Both the position numbers and the translations under genes were made by a program. Shown piece by piece: positions 27,193 to 41,249 of a DNA stretch of 64,000 nucleotides. The notes under the pieces are model-generated. The model was not told the DNA's origin, did not search any database, and saw only the letters and a list, made by a program, of their open reading frames with translations. This DNA is from Paraspadella gotoi. Taxonomy: Eukaryota > Animalia > Chaetognatha. Every line of letters starts with the position of its first letter. Position 1 is the first letter of the stretch. The stretch lies in NCBI GenBank assembly GCA_051294375.1, contig CM119267.1, positions 367,523 through 431,522 of the forward strand, read 5' to 3'.

Positions 27193-27931
27193 CTTCACTT
27201 TCTCTCTCTGTCTCTCTATAACTCTCTCTCTCTCTCTCNNNNNNNNNNNNNNNNNNNNNNNNNNNNNNNNNNNNNNNNNNNNNNNNNNNNNNNNNNNNNN
27301 NNNNNNNNNNNNNNNNNNNNNNNNNNNNNNNNNNNNNNNNNNNNNNNNNNNNNNNNNNNNNNNNNNNNNNNNNNNNNNNNNNNNNNNNNNNNNNNNNNNN
27401 NNNNNNNNNNNNNNNNNNNNNNNNNNNNNNNNNNNNNNNNNNNNNNNNNNNNNNNNNNNNNNNNNNNNNNNNNTCTCTCTCTCTCTCTCTCTCTCCCCCT
27501 TCTGTCGTCGTCATGGTAACGAAGTGAATGTACCTGAGCGATCGAATGATTTGTTCACACGAATTTGAGTAGCCACTTTCACTTTCATGAGGCTCCTTCA
27601 CACTTCACAGTTCACAAGAAATTTCGGTGAGAGGAAAAGAAGAAGTTTCCTTCAATTGAGGTCAATGATGAATTTGAGGAAATTCGGCTCCTCATCAAAA
27701 ACGCCTCAGACCGTGAGAGGGAGAGACGGGGGGGGGAGAAAGAGAGGGAGAGAGGGAGGGAAAGAGAGTGAGAGAGAGGGAGGGAGGGAAGAGAAAGGCT
27801 GGGAGGGTAAAAGAGGGAGGGAGAGAGGGGAGGGATGGAAGGAGAAAGAGATTGAGAAAATGATAGAGACAGAGAAAGAAAGAGAGAGAGAGACAGAGAG
27901 AGAGAGAAAGAAAGAAAGAAAGAAAGAAATA

Positions 27932-28018
<87 letters not shown>

Positions 28019-28108
28019 TCCCATTTTATTTATCCAATGTATTCATCCTTATTTACATTCGTCGGTTGATGAAATGACAACAATAAAGACAACAGTGTCG
28101 TTGATGAA

Positions 28109-28150
<42 letters not shown>

Positions 28151-28249
28151 AAAAAAAGAAAAGTTTGATGAAAAAGCGACTTTTTTTTGGTCGATTGTTT
28201 TTTGATGAGAAGAAAATCTTCGTAGGAGAAAAAAAATGGCGGATTTAGG

Positions 28250-28550
28250 AGATTTAAAATTTATGATTTAAGTTTTAAGATTAAAATATTAAGATTTAAG
28301 TTTTAGGATTTAAGATTTAAGAACAAAAATTAGGATTTAGGATTTGGGATCTAACATTAAAGAGTTAAGATTTAAGATTCAAGATTTAATTTTAATATTT
28401 AAATTTTAAGAATTAAGATTTAAGATTTCGGATTTTTAATCTAGAATTTCGGATTTAAAAGTTAATATTTAAGAATTAAGATTTAGATTTAAGATTGTGG
28501 ATCCAGGATTTAGGATTTAAATATCAAGACTTAAGATTTAGCATTTAGAA
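28250..28550. repeat. Degenerate (GATTTA/TTAAGA)n simple satellite
   Basis: Repeated TTAAGATTTAAG-like 6-7-mers. Confidence 0.6.
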
Positions 28551-29028
28551 TTTTTATTAAACATTTTTATTAATTCTCCTTATTGCATCGAGGATAATCA
28601 GACGTGACCGCCGTTTTTAGATTTTTAAATTTTGCGATTTAAGCATTTCAATTTTTAATAGATTTTATTAATTTGTACTCTTTCTGCTTTTTCTATGACA
28701 TTTCACCTTCGCCTCCCGCGCCTCTCCCCCCCTTCCCCCCCCCCTTTGTCCCCCCTTCACAACGCTCTTTCATTTTCTCTTCATTCTTTGATTTTCCCGA
28801 AATCTTTTTTTCCTTTTTTTTCGTTTGATTGACATTTCATTTTCTTTTATATATATATTATATATTTGTCTTTAGTTCATTTATCTTGTTTCTTTATTTC
28901 GTTAAAAGTTTTGATTCTTTTTTGCCCGCAAATTTTTTTACTAATAAAAAAATATTTTTAAAAAAAGTTGATGGAAAAATCGATGATTGAAAAAAACATT
29001 CGACAAACTTTTTCTCTCTCGCTTCCTT

Positions 29029-29065
<37 letters not shown>

Positions 29066-29137
29066 CTCTCTCTCTCTAACTCGTTCTCTCCCTCTCTCAC
29101 TTTCTCTCTCACCTCCTCTTTTACTTCCTTTCATACT

Positions 29138-29382
29138 GCACACTGCATAAGTTCACCCCGCCTCTAAGCAATGACACCTCCAGCCGTGACCACTGACCAG
29201 TATTACCATCAGCTCAAGACCATTCGGTACCGACATCGAGCCCCAATGGTATCTTCCCTGCAGGAAGCGAGAGAACGACCGTAAACCACCTTGAGGGCGT
29301 GGAAAACCCTCCAATCTGGATCCAAGATCCGTTCCGTGGCGACTAGAGGGGGTTAAAGAAGTTACGGATAGCTCTCTTCAGC
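29138..29382 (+). mobile_element. Family A SINE-like element, degenerate twister (29260-29332)
   Basis: GCGA-GAGAA-CGACCG-TAA-ACC-AC-CTTGAGGG..ACCCTC..CTGG-ATCCAAG; shares the leader and the CCATCAGCTCA head with the other A copies. Confidence 0.7.
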
Positions 29383-29500
29383 TTTCTCCCTCTCTTCCTC
29401 TTCATCTTAACATGCGTTTTTTCTGATGTTTTTCATTTTAAAACAAAACATAGAATCTTTGATCTTTCCCAAACTTTCCATTTTGTCCCTTCTTTCATTC

Positions 29501-29542
<42 letters not shown>

Positions 29543-29543
29543 C

Positions 29544-29608
<65 letters not shown>

Positions 29609-30360
29609 CATCAGAGATTCCATTGTTTTCCATCCGTTTTGTCCCCCGAGTTTATGGGCTCCCGATCTTTGAATGGATAGATATCATCCAATCTCTCACC
29701 AAGAACGAAATCCAATCTGTCACCAAAAATGGAAAGAAATCTTGAGAAAAACAATTTAATGGTTGAATGGAAATTCACTTGTCACCGGCTAAACCTAAAT
29801 TTAGAGAAAAATAATATCATTGTTGTTACTATTTACTATCATCATTATCATAATTTTTATTATTATTGTTATAATTTTTTATTAATATTATTAATATTAA
29901 TATTATTATTAATATTATTAATAATATCATCATTATTGCTATTTTGTTTTGATGAACCCAAATTGTAAGAGGACAAAAGAGGATCATAAACCGAGGGAGA
30001 GAGAGAGAAAGAGAGAGATGTAAGAGAAAGATTCTTAGAATAATACTAAATGAGATTGAGATTTCATAAATCTCATTTGCATTTAGTAGTAAAACATTTT
30101 AAGTCCAATTGATTTTTGTACTGTATTATGATAGAGAGAGAGAGAGAGAGTGAAAACGAAAGAGAGAGATACTCCTTGTCCCTCCCCCTTCTCCCCTTCC
30201 TCCCTCCCTCTCCCTCCTCCCTCCCTCCCTCTCCCTCTCCCTCTCCCTCATGAGCCGTCCATGTTTCTCTGTAAAATGTCATCCACCCTGAGTCACAGAC
30301 TGAGAGCTTAAAACCGTCAAAGGGAAATTGATTAGCGAAGGAAGAAAAAGCGACGAAGCA

Positions 30361-30620
30361 TTTTTCGCCGGATCGGTTTACAGCAGATTCGAGCTTTATA
30401 ATTTACTTTGTCGGTCCGTCGGTACCCAACCCAAAATATTTTCAATAAGATCTTGTCATAATATCAAATTATGATAAATAATGCCCAAAAAAGTGATGTC
30501 TGTCCGACCGTCCGTACGTCTCCTATTAGCATTAAACGCCAATTACTCGTGATTGGATAGATGGATTGGAAATTACTTGATTAAATAATTATGATTAGCT
30601 GCTTACCGCTAATGAACGTG
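30361..30620 (+). mobile_element. DINE-1/HINE-like element, family H2
   Basis: GCCGGATC..GCAGATTC 5' hairpin, GTCY repeats, 3' AGCTGCTTACCGCTAATG matching 40005-40025 (reverse complement). Confidence 0.6.
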
Positions 30621-31319
30621 TTTTTTCAAACTTGTTTCGCTAAATTTTTAATTCATTAATTTTTAAATCGCGCCTCTATATTCTTTGCTCGCGCATTACA
30701 TTACAAATACAACATCTTACAATTTTTCATAAAACAGTCTGAGTATGTAATCGGCTCGGCTAGCAATCGTTTAATTAATTAACTTTGAACTCCTAATACT
30801 AATAGTACGAAAATAATGCGTGATATGTCTAGTCAGATGTTCCTTCATTTTCTTTTCCCAATACTTTTCTTCTAAAAGGATATAAAATTTAAACAAATTA
30901 AAATAACTTTATAATTAATATCAACGTTGTTTTATAAAAAATCCTGTTGATGCGTCATTGTAACTTTTACTCGTTTTCGAAATAGTCAATTATAAAACTT
31001 TTTTTTAAATTACAATAACGTGAAAATTTTAATTAATAAATTACAAGACCTTCATTTTCGCGAAAGTTTACATGTAAACATCTTTACACTTAAACATTTA
31101 TAAAAATTTTATAAAATTTATAAAAAAAATATTAATAAAATAAATAAAAGAATAGAAATGCTAAATTAAGCAAAACATTGAATTGAAAATAATTAAAATG
31201 ATTAAGATAATTTAAATTATTAAAATATTCTCGACCTTTATTTTCTTTCTCTTTCAACTTTCTTGTAATTCTGCCACAAATTTCTTTTCTTGCGAATTTT
31301 GCTGAGTTTAGCTTTTCTA

Positions 31320-31350
<31 letters not shown>

Positions 31351-31375
31351 NNNNNNNNNNNNNNNNNNNNNNNNN

Positions 31376-31421
<46 letters not shown>

Positions 31422-34400
31422 TCTCATTCCTCTCTCTCTCTCTCTCTCTCTCGGCTTGTCTCGCTCAATCCCCATTATACATTTGTACATTCAAGACATT
31501 TCAATTTTTTTTTAAATTTTCTTTGTCGCTGACGTTCATCGTCTTCGTCTTTGTTGTTGTTGTTGTTATCACGGGCGCCTTGGCCTCGTTGTTGTCTACG
31601 TCGTTCGTCGTCGTCGTCATCGTCGTCGTTATCGTCGTTTCAGTTCCAATCAAAACTCTCTCTCCCTCTCTCAGAAATATGAGGGCAAATCTCATGGCCT
31701 CCCTTCATTTCCGTTATGACCTTTTCAGTCAGTGTTCAAGATGGATTAGATTTTCAAAAACGTTTACACAAGTTGATCACACATATATATACTTTAATTT
31801 AAAACACCTTTATTCGATGAAATTTTCAACATGAGAGATTCCCGGTTTCATTTTATCTCGCTCCGAAATATGCCAAATTAGCTTAAGATCGAATTTGTCA
31901 GATAACGATGTACGCTCTTATTCGGCGTAATTTTAAAACGTTTTATATTGTAATATTATAAATAATTAAATATTAGTTTTTAGAAATATTATATTTATAA
32001 ATATAAATATTTATAGTATATATACTAATATAAATAAGACAAAATAGCATTTAAAACGGAGAGCTGAATGCTTCTTTACCTCTACTAAAATAGATAAAAT
32101 TCGAACAAGATTTTATGCATAAACCATAAATAATTAACTACTTTTGCTTCTTAAAATCCTTATTACATATTTAAAACTTTTTATAAATTATATATTCAAT
32201 TGTTTAAGTTACCCATTATATGTGCTTTTAATAAAAAGGTAAATAAGAAAAACTGATAACTTAAGATGAAAATAAGCAATAAAAGTAAAATATTAAGATA
32301 AATAATAATAAATTAAATCATTATCCAAAAATATTCATTAAACAATATTAATAATATATTAAATAATATTAATATATAACTATGAATTAATTTAAAAAAA
32401 TGATATTTTAAAAACTATTGCCAAAGAAACAATTTTAAATTGTTTAAAATTCTAAAATGAATATTTTTCTATAGCAAATGGATATTTATTTTAAAGCAAT
32501 TTTTAGGTTAACTACTCAACCAGGAAATTTTTTGGATGATAGCATTAAAAGAGAAATTTTTTTGTAACAAAAAAAAATTTTCTCTTTTAAAATCAGGGAA
32601 AATTTTACATTTTTAGAGCACCAAGCTTTGCGACAAGCAGGCAATTTTTAGTGATTAGTCTAATCTTACTCAATGTATTTCATAATAACCGGACTTTTAC
32701 ATAAAACTGTCATATCATAAATATTTTGAAAAATAAATAAAAATAAATTAAAATAAAAGGTTAAAAGCATAAAAAACTGAAAGTCTAATTGATAAATTCT
32801 CATATATACATATAGATAAAAAGCCGAAATAACAGAAAATTAAATACTGTCTAATAATATTACTAATTTGAATAACAAATAAATAGATTAAACGATTGGA
32901 TCAATTTTTGTGTTTTGATCGACATGAAGGAACTGTATTTTTTGATATTGTAAAAATAACGTTTTCTTATCTAATTTGTTTATATTCTGAATCATAATCT
33001 TTGTAACTCTGAATTGAAAACTATCTTTTCATTTTATAAAAGAAAACAAGAGCAACACTGAAAAAGAAAACTTAACTTTCCAAAAGTGATATTTATATAT
33101 GGAAATTGTTCGCTATTATGCTCTCTGTATTATATATAGAGTATATTTAACTCTCAAAATCTGAGTGCGATTGATTGATTTATCGTAATTCTAAGATTGG
33201 ATTACTAAGACATTTGTCATAATTTAGAATATATTAAAAAATCATAAGATCAACTTGTGTCTCGTAAAATAATATATAGATAGAAGGTTCTATGTTAAAT
33301 TCTTTTCATATTCAACTAAAATTGAAAAAAAGAGTAGATAACACAATATTCATTCGGATGGATTCGACATACATATCCAGAGTGACATACTGATACGCCT
33401 TACTCTCGTTTGTAACTCTCTCGAGAGCTGTTCGAACGGGACTGGACACGGCTAACACATCTCAGTCAGAAGACACTGATCGAGCTGTTTGTATTGTAGT
33501 GCGAGTAAAAACATTAGTTGCGCTCTCTGGCGTGTCGCCAGAATTAAGACAAAGTATTTATTTGTCTTCTAAATTCAACAACAACATATTTTAATCACGA
33601 TCACTACGTATGAATCAGCCATGACTGAATACAAAACTAAAACACTAAAACAACAGATCTCTCAGGATATAGTTTTCTGACTCCTCAAAGCTCATTCGGA
33701 AAAAAAAAAGGGATGACGCTCCTCAATGCGCGGCTTTCTCGAAAACCCGTCAGTTCGTGCGCGCGACTGAATTATTTGAGAAAAAAACCTAAATTAAGTG
33801 TGTGATATAAAAGAGGCTCGAAATATATTTATATGATGATACAAAGGAGAAATAAAACGACAAAGAATAAAATAAATAAATAGATAAAATAGAGAGAAAA
33901 GAGAGAAAGGCGCATGAAAAAGAATTAGGTAAATCAGAAATCAAGAACATTTATGTTATGTAGTATAACAATTATGTTAAAAAAAATTCATCTTTTATTT
34001 AAATATTAAATGATAATATTCATTGTTAATATAATCAAAGAAAGTTACTATATAAAGGAATCGGATTTTCAATTGATTTTCTTCAATATATGACAATTGG
34101 TACAACCTAATATAAAAATTATCCATTCATATAAAATAATAAGCTATCTTGACCCTGACTTGGATATATGTTCATACTGGAATTTCACAGTAAATCCCAA
34201 AACCAAAATTATCGCGATTAATTTCTAATTACTGTTTATACTTTATAAAAAAATAGAACAAAACTTATTAAAAATCACAACATAGCAGTTCTAAAAACTG
34301 TTAAAGATATATTATAGCATTACTCTCATAAAACGCTAGATTACAATAATTATTAATAATTCATAAGTTATTAAAAAAAAACTAAACTCATCGTCAGATT

Positions 34401-34676
34401 TCACAGGCAAAAGATGCTCTTTTTTATGAAAAAATTTCGCAGAATATCCGCCAGCGTACGTTAGTAATCTTTTGTTTTCTTTTTGACCGGCTTGACCGAT
34501 CACTTTAACATTTAAAAAAGATACGAAATTGACCATTTCGATCTTCGTGTCTCTCTCTCTCTCTCTCTCTCTCGTTTCACTTCAAAGCAGTGAATTTCGA
34601 CATTTTCTCGGCCATTTTGATTTTACGAGAAACGAAATCGATAATTCGTTTTTTTCTCTCGTTTTTCCGATTTTTA

Positions 34677-34828
34677 GTTGCGCCGCGAGTACTCGCAAAT
34701 ACTCATAAATACACGGGCAAAAAAAGTTTTTTAGTTATATCATGTCATGTCATATCATGTGATCAAAGGGAAATACACGTGAAAATAAAGTCACTGCGGC
34801 GCAACACATTGGAATCACCGTTCTTGTT
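34677..34828 (+). mobile_element. DINE-1/HINE-like element, family H1, internally deleted
   Basis: GTTGCGCCGC...GCGGCGCAAC perfect subterminal IR pair. Confidence 0.65.
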
Positions 34829-34991
34829 TTTCTCAATTTTTTCATTATTTTTTTTTTCATCCAAAGTTTGCAAGTTTTCTTTAATTTAATACTTTACAAC
34901 TGTAAATATTAATAAATATTTGCTCAATTTGTTTCGTCAAGTTTTTAATATTTTTGAAGTTTAATTTCTGTTGTCTTCTTTATTTATTCAT

Positions 34992-35603
34992 TAAGGCGTA
35001 GTAAAATTTCTAAATTTAACTTTAATTAAAATTCTAAAAGTGAAGAACGAACAATATTATATTAATAAACATTTATATAATAAAAAAATTTATAATAAAT
35101 TTTACAATTTTCACAGTAGGCCATATTTATACTAGTACTAAACCAATAAATGTTAAAATTTCAAAACAGTTTTTTCTAAGATTTTTTTGCAGATTTGGAT
35201 TTGTCACAAAAAGTTGACATAAAGAAATATAATTCTTTTTGAAAAATTCCTTCATTAAATGGGTCAAAAATTAAAAAAAAGTTATATTTTAAGCTGAAAA
35301 TTAATTTTTTAAGTATTAAATATAGTTTTTTTAATTTTTAACCCACTTAATGAAAGAATTTTAAAAAATGATTTATATTTTCTTTTATCAACTTTTGACG
35401 AGGAATTCAAATCTGCAATCAAAATTAAGAAAAGCCTATTTTGAAATTTTTCGATTTTATAAGGATAGTACTATATATAAATACAGCTTACTGCAAAAAT
35501 TAAAAAACATAGAATTAATTTTTTTTACAAATTAATGTTCACTGATAGTATGTTGTTCATAATTGACTTTTAGAATTTTTGTATGAACTTTCACTACGCC
35601 TTA
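34992..35603. mobile_element. Palindromic (fold-back) MITE, ~300-bp imperfect arms
   Basis: TAAGGCGTAGT...ACTACGCCTTA termini; internal mirror matches (GCAGATTT/AAATCTGC, AAAAGTTGA/TCAACTTTT, TTCATTAA/TTAATGAA); a half copy at ~55060-55330. Confidence 0.75.
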
Positions 35604-35821
35604 TTATTCATATATTGTTTCACGAATGAAAAAAACGAGTTATTAATTTATTATGGATACAATTAAGTAATAATAATTAATTGATTGATAAACAATTCGC
35701 GACCAACCTATAATGATCATCATCATCATCATCATCATGCATAAGTTTGGGTGAGTGACCGTCCCACAATAATTAAATAAATAAATAAATAAATATATAA
35801 ATAAATATATAAATAAATAAA

Positions 35822-35875
<54 letters not shown>

Positions 35876-36889
35876 GGTCACGCCCTCTCACTTCGTCGAT
35901 GGCGCCGACTATCGACGCCGATGGAAGAACAGCGTCGCCACGCCCACTTCCTCCTCCTCCTCCTCCTCGTCATCCCCCACCTCCTCCTCTTATTCTCCCT
36001 CTTCCTCCTCCTTTTCCTCCTCCTCTTCCTCCTCTTCCTCCTCCTACTCCCCCTCCTCCTCCTCCTCTTCTTCTTTTTACCCCGAAGATTTTGTCGAAAA
36101 CGAATAACAAAAGAAAAAATTGACTGAAAAAAAAATAAGATAAAAAAAGAAAAATTTATAAAAACAAAAAACGATAAAAAAAGAAAGATTTTCTCACAAT
36201 AAAATTAAAAAGGAAAAAAGAAATAAAATAGGAATAGAAAAAATGTTTAAAAAGATTTAAAATAGGAATATAAAAAAGATAGTAGAAGATAAAAAAAATG
36301 TGGAAAAAGAATTTAAAAAGATGACAAAAGGATAGAAAAAAAAGACAGAAAAATGAAAGAAAAAATATCAATGAAAGGAAAGAAAACGATATAAAAAAGG
36401 AAGAAAAAAGGAAGAAAAAAAGTAATAATAACAAAAATACGGGTGTTTTGTCTATCACATGCACACTTTCGTTTCATCGTCTCAATTCTTTTTAAAAAAT
36501 TTGGTTTTTTTCTGAAACCAAAACAAAAACGTTTTTTAATCTCTTTTTTTTTCTAATGCTTTAAGATTAAGCGTTTTTTGTTTGTTTTTTTTTTGGGGGG
36601 GGAGGAGGGGAGGTGCGTTTATTTTTCCAGAGTCAAAAAAGGCGGCATCTCGTAACGGAAGAATGCGACGATTTATGTGACAGTTTATCTCCCCATCATT
36701 TGTTTTATTGCGAGAGATTAAAGCGCCCTCTTTTAACCTCGGGCAAAGACGAAGGCCAAGACCCAAGAAAGAAAGAGACCAAAACCCAAAAACGGCTTAA
36801 ACCTAAGCTAAGACAGAGGCTGAGACCCACACGTAATCACACCCGAACCCATAACATAAAGTTAATAACAATTATTCTAAACATATTCT

Positions 36890-37140
36890 TTTTTTTTCAC
36901 AATTTTTATCCTCTTTTTTCACTCCAACTTATCTCTTTTTTCACTCCTATTCCCCTAATTTTTTCACTCCTATTCCTTCATTTTATAACTCCTACTTATC
37001 TGTTTTTTCACTCATATTCCCCTAATTTTTTTACACCTATTCCCTCATTTTTTAACTCTAACTTATCTGTTTTTTCACTCCTATTCCCCTCATTTTTTAA
37101 CTCCTACTTATCTCTTTTTTCACTCCTATTCCCCTCTTTC
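36890..37140. repeat. Degenerate ~19/38-bp minisatellite (TTTTTCACTCCTATTCCCC / TTTAACTCCTACTTATC)
   Basis: Repeated ACTCCTA cores about every 19 bp. Confidence 0.6.
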
Positions 37141-37359
37141 TTTCTCTTCTCTTTCCTCTATATTCTTCTATGTTCTTACCTTTTTTTTCCTTTTTTATTT
37201 TCCCCTTGTTCCTTGGAACAAAAAAAATTGTTTGCTCATTTCATTGTGAGAAATTCGTTCGCTGAGGCTGGCAGGCGTCAGGCCAGAGAGAAAGGAATCA
37301 GGCGTGGGAAGTTGGAAGAAAAATAATCGGGGAAGAGAAAATAAAATAAAGGGAAAAGA

Positions 37360-37390
<31 letters not shown>

Positions 37391-39867
37391 AGAAAGAATA
37401 AAAAAGAAAGAAAATGTTGGGAATAAACGGAGAAAAGGTTTTTTTTTTTCTCTCTCTCTTTTCTATCTCTTCATCCGCCTATGTTTTTGCCTCATTTACT
37501 TTAAAGCTGTAAATCTTTTAGAACCGTAATATAATTTACATGTTGTAGTTTAAAGAACATAGATAGGATCCCAAATTTATTGAGATGATTTCCTTACAAA
37601 CTGTTATGCGAGAAATTAACAAACTTAAGACGAACTTGGTTATTTTTTGTAAATTATGAAGACAAATCAAGGGAATTGACTTTTTTGGTTCAGTGAGAGC
37701 CGTTTTTAATTAATATTAAGTCTGAGTTAAAGTATTACAATAAAGATAGCATTAATGTATTGGCGTTCGCGGTGGCCAACGCGGGCGTCGCTCGTAGGGG
37801 GTGAGAACGGCTCGACGTCCACGGCAAGAATTACGACATCCGAGTCCCAAGTTTCCCGATTCGCGACCAAGAGTCGCGACGACGATTATGAAGAACGAAG
37901 AAGAAGAAGAAGAAAGGCAATATCTGATTATTTTTTCATGTTTGAAACTTAGCAAAAGTCAGAGGCAGTTGCCTCGTAAAAGTCGCGACGGTCGAACGTT
38001 TTTCACGTTGCTTTTAAGGCTGTTTTTAAAGTGTTTTTAAGTGTTTTTAATGTTTTGAAACAACCTGAACTCTTTTTATATATCGTCACCTAATGTCTAA
38101 TGTCAATAAATATTTTAAAACATCGTTGGATTCTCGGTCGCCGTTTCCGAAAAATCAGAAAAAAATTGTTGAAATTAAACCCGAGCAGCTCAAACAATTA
38201 AATTTTTAACTCTTAAATATTAAATAAATACTTAAATCACATTATGATTACGATTCCATTTTAAATGTTTAGTATTTTTCGATTTTGGGAATTTTGGTAG
38301 TTTACATGTTATACGTTTACATTTTAGTTTTTACATGTTTATCGTTTTCAAGTCTTTTACAAAAAAAAACATCACACGATGAGGATAAAAGCCTTAATTA
38401 ATCGACACGAGCATAAATCCTTTTGACAATGAAAATATTTCACTGAGCGACTGCTATAAAACCCGGGGCACATTTTTCGCCTTTTGTCTGGAAGATGGTT
38501 TTTTTTCGCAGCCAATTTTACGTTCGGGACTTTTCCGCCCTCCGCCCTTCCCCCCCCGCCCCGCATTTCTGGGGGTCATCCCGTTCCAGGCTCGCGACCC
38601 GGGTTCCCTGAGGCCGAACCAAAAACCGGGACATCCATTATTTCTTTATTTACACTAAGAAGACAAACGAGGGGGGGTAGGGGGGGGAGGCCGAAGGGGG
38701 GGAGAGGCTGGAAATGGAGAGAGGGAAGGGAAGGAGGGGGGGGGATTTGGGAAGAAGAGGAAAAATTGAGAAAAAAAATGAGGAAAATAGAGGAAAATGA
38801 AGACAAAATGAAGACAAATGAGGGAAATATAGAAAAATGAGGAAAAATGAGAAAATGAGTAACAATGATCGAGACAATGAAGACAAATGAGGAAAAATAT
38901 AGAAAATAAAGAAAAATGAAGAAAAATAAGGAAAAATAAGGAAAATAAAGAAAATTGAGGAAGAATTAAAAAAAATGAGGAAAAATAAGGATATAAGGAA
39001 GGAACTTTTGATACAAACAAGAATGAGATTGAGTTCATCAATCTCATTTGCATATTGTCGTATTGACATTGACTTGTCATAAATTCTGTTCCTGTGCCAT
39101 TTCATGTTCTCATTTCATATTCTTATTGGAACCCACTCTTAGGTATTTCAATTATAGTTTAAAGCTTCAGGATGAATTCTATGCTTGGACTTGGAACAGA
39201 GTTGGATTCCAATATGGCAGTCCCATCCTCTCTGGTCTTAGTTCTTACTCATTGGGTTAGGAACTATGTTAGAAGCATTTTATATATGTTTATTAATAAA
39301 GACTCTTTCTTTCCTCCATAGGGTGTCTATGCTTATCACTTTACTTCTCTTAAGCTAGCTATATGCTTCAAGCATTCTACCACTGAACTACAGCAAGTTA
39401 GCATCTTTTATTCTACAAGTAAGTTAATTGGTATGTTTATTGAGAATACTACTAGAGCTAAGTTTACTGTTATTTTAGGACCAAATAGCTCGCTTACAAG
39501 GAAAATAAAGAAAAATGAAAAAAAGAAGAAAAATTTTAAAAATTTTTAAAAAATTAGCATCTAAACATAACTATAAAAATAATTTAATTCCAATATTTAA
39601 ATGAGTCTTTGCTGAAATGAGTCTCGCATTAAAAACGAGAAAATTTATGCAAAAACAAACAGTAACAAGTTTTATATGTCAATTACACAAAATTAATAAA
39701 AATAGTGTGTATTAAATGCCATCAATAAAACGATAATTTCTTTGATCTTTTCGAGTTCTATTCTACGTAGTCTGGTCGTTGAAAAGTAAACGCAAAATAT
39801 GAGTTTATAACTAAAAAATCTCGGAGGTAAAGTTTGAGCGTAATTGAAACAAGTTTGAGCGAACAAT

Positions 39868-40445
39868 GCCGGATCTGCCCACGATCATAAGCGGTAAGCA
39901 ACTGATCAGATAATTAATTATTACTTAAAAATTTAATTAAGTAATTAATTAACATAATTTAGTTTCTATATTTTTTTCTTTTCAAAGTAAATGTAAATGC
40001 CAACGATCATTAGCGGTAAGCAGCTGATCAGATAAATTATTAATTATTACAGTTTGCATTTAATTATACAAAAAGAAGCATAATCAAATAGTGAAACAGC
40101 TTTTTTATATTTTCTATTTAAACTAATTTTCACTCGGATGATTCCATTGAAACTTTCCAGCTCAATAACACACTTCTTTACCCACACACAAAATTCAAGT
40201 AAATCGACCCATCCACTCATAAGTAATTGGCGTTTCATTGCTAAAGGGGGACGAATGGACGGACGGACAGACGGCAGACAGATAGACACACAGGACAGAC
40301 GAGGACAGATAATTTTTTTGCATAATTTATCATTGAATTTGAGGTACTGACATGATCTCAGTGAATGACCGACAAGATTTAGGGGGCGGACCGACGAACC
40401 GACAAAGTGAATTATAGAGTCGGGATCTGCTGAAAATACTAAAAA
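39868..40445 (-). mobile_element. DINE-1/HINE-like element, family H2, with duplicated 3' end
   Basis: GCAGATCC 5' remnant near 40425, GTCY microsatellite 40255-40310, subterminal GCCGGATCTGC at 39868; 39880-39920 is repeated at 40000-40045. Confidence 0.65.
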
Positions 40446-40804
40446 TACATAAACGCGATTGGCTGATTCGTCCGTCATCCGACCAATGAGAGTCCGCGTT
40501 CCTTTTTTACTCGACGCCGCCGCCCGCGCCGGGAAATCCCTATCGCCGCCGCCGCCGCGCGAAGCGCTGGTCGGAAAGTCGGCGGACTGCTTGGCAGCGA
40601 TGTCTTCGAGCCATTCGGGCACAACCTGCTGCCCGTAACAAAGTTGTCGGACAACGTCCATAGCGAGGCTTCGGTCGAGAGAGTTGGCTTCGTCGAAGAA
40701 GGTTACCGCCCGTCCTTGGAGGCCGCAGCGCCCGGTCCGCCCGATTCGGTGGACGAACTCTTCCGCTTTTTGGGGAAGATCCAAGTTGATGACGAGGTCC
40801 ACGT
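40047..40804 (-). CDS. vas: Vasa-like helicase exon 4 (motif VI); true stop uncertain, probably nearer 40450
   Basis: Acceptor CCTTCCACAG; (D)VDLVINLDLP..FVHRIGRTGRCG..GRAVTFFD..QVVPEWL; the frame then runs open into an H2 repeat. Confidence 0.75.
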
Positions 40805-40980
40805 CTGTGGAAGGGGGGCGTTGGTGTGGGGTCAGGAAGGAGGGGAAGGAAAGTGAGGATGATTTGATTCATTATTAATAATTAAATTTATGACAATTAA
40901 CTTATGTAAAAACCCGTGAATATATGGTAAAAGGAAATGATCTTTCAATAAATTACTATTTATTATTATTATTATAGATA

Positions 40981-41070
40981 TATTTCCTCCTGACTTTGGA
41001 AATGTTAATTAAGTCCTCAATTCTTCATACAAGATAATTACAAAGCAAGACCCTATAATCTTTCAGTCTA
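40981..41070 (-). mobile_element. Family C repeat, decayed twister, in vasa intron 3
   Basis: Minus strand TATCTTG...AATTG-AGGACT-TAA...TCCAAAGT-CAGG. Confidence 0.5.
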
Positions 41071-41249
41071 GTTTATAAACTGTTAGATGAACTCTTTCAT
41101 AAATACTGGCGAATTTTTTAAGCATTTTGTGTAATGTATAAATCATATTGCCCATAATGTCTCTCCCTCTAATACTACTAAAAATAAAAATCATACATTT
41201 ATTCTCTGTTTCTCGCTCCCTCTAAAAAGTCCCACTCAATCCACTCAAC

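Noticed and set aside
33293-33586. Solo LTR (TGTT...AACA island)
   Set aside because: No matching target-site duplication and no second copy in the window.
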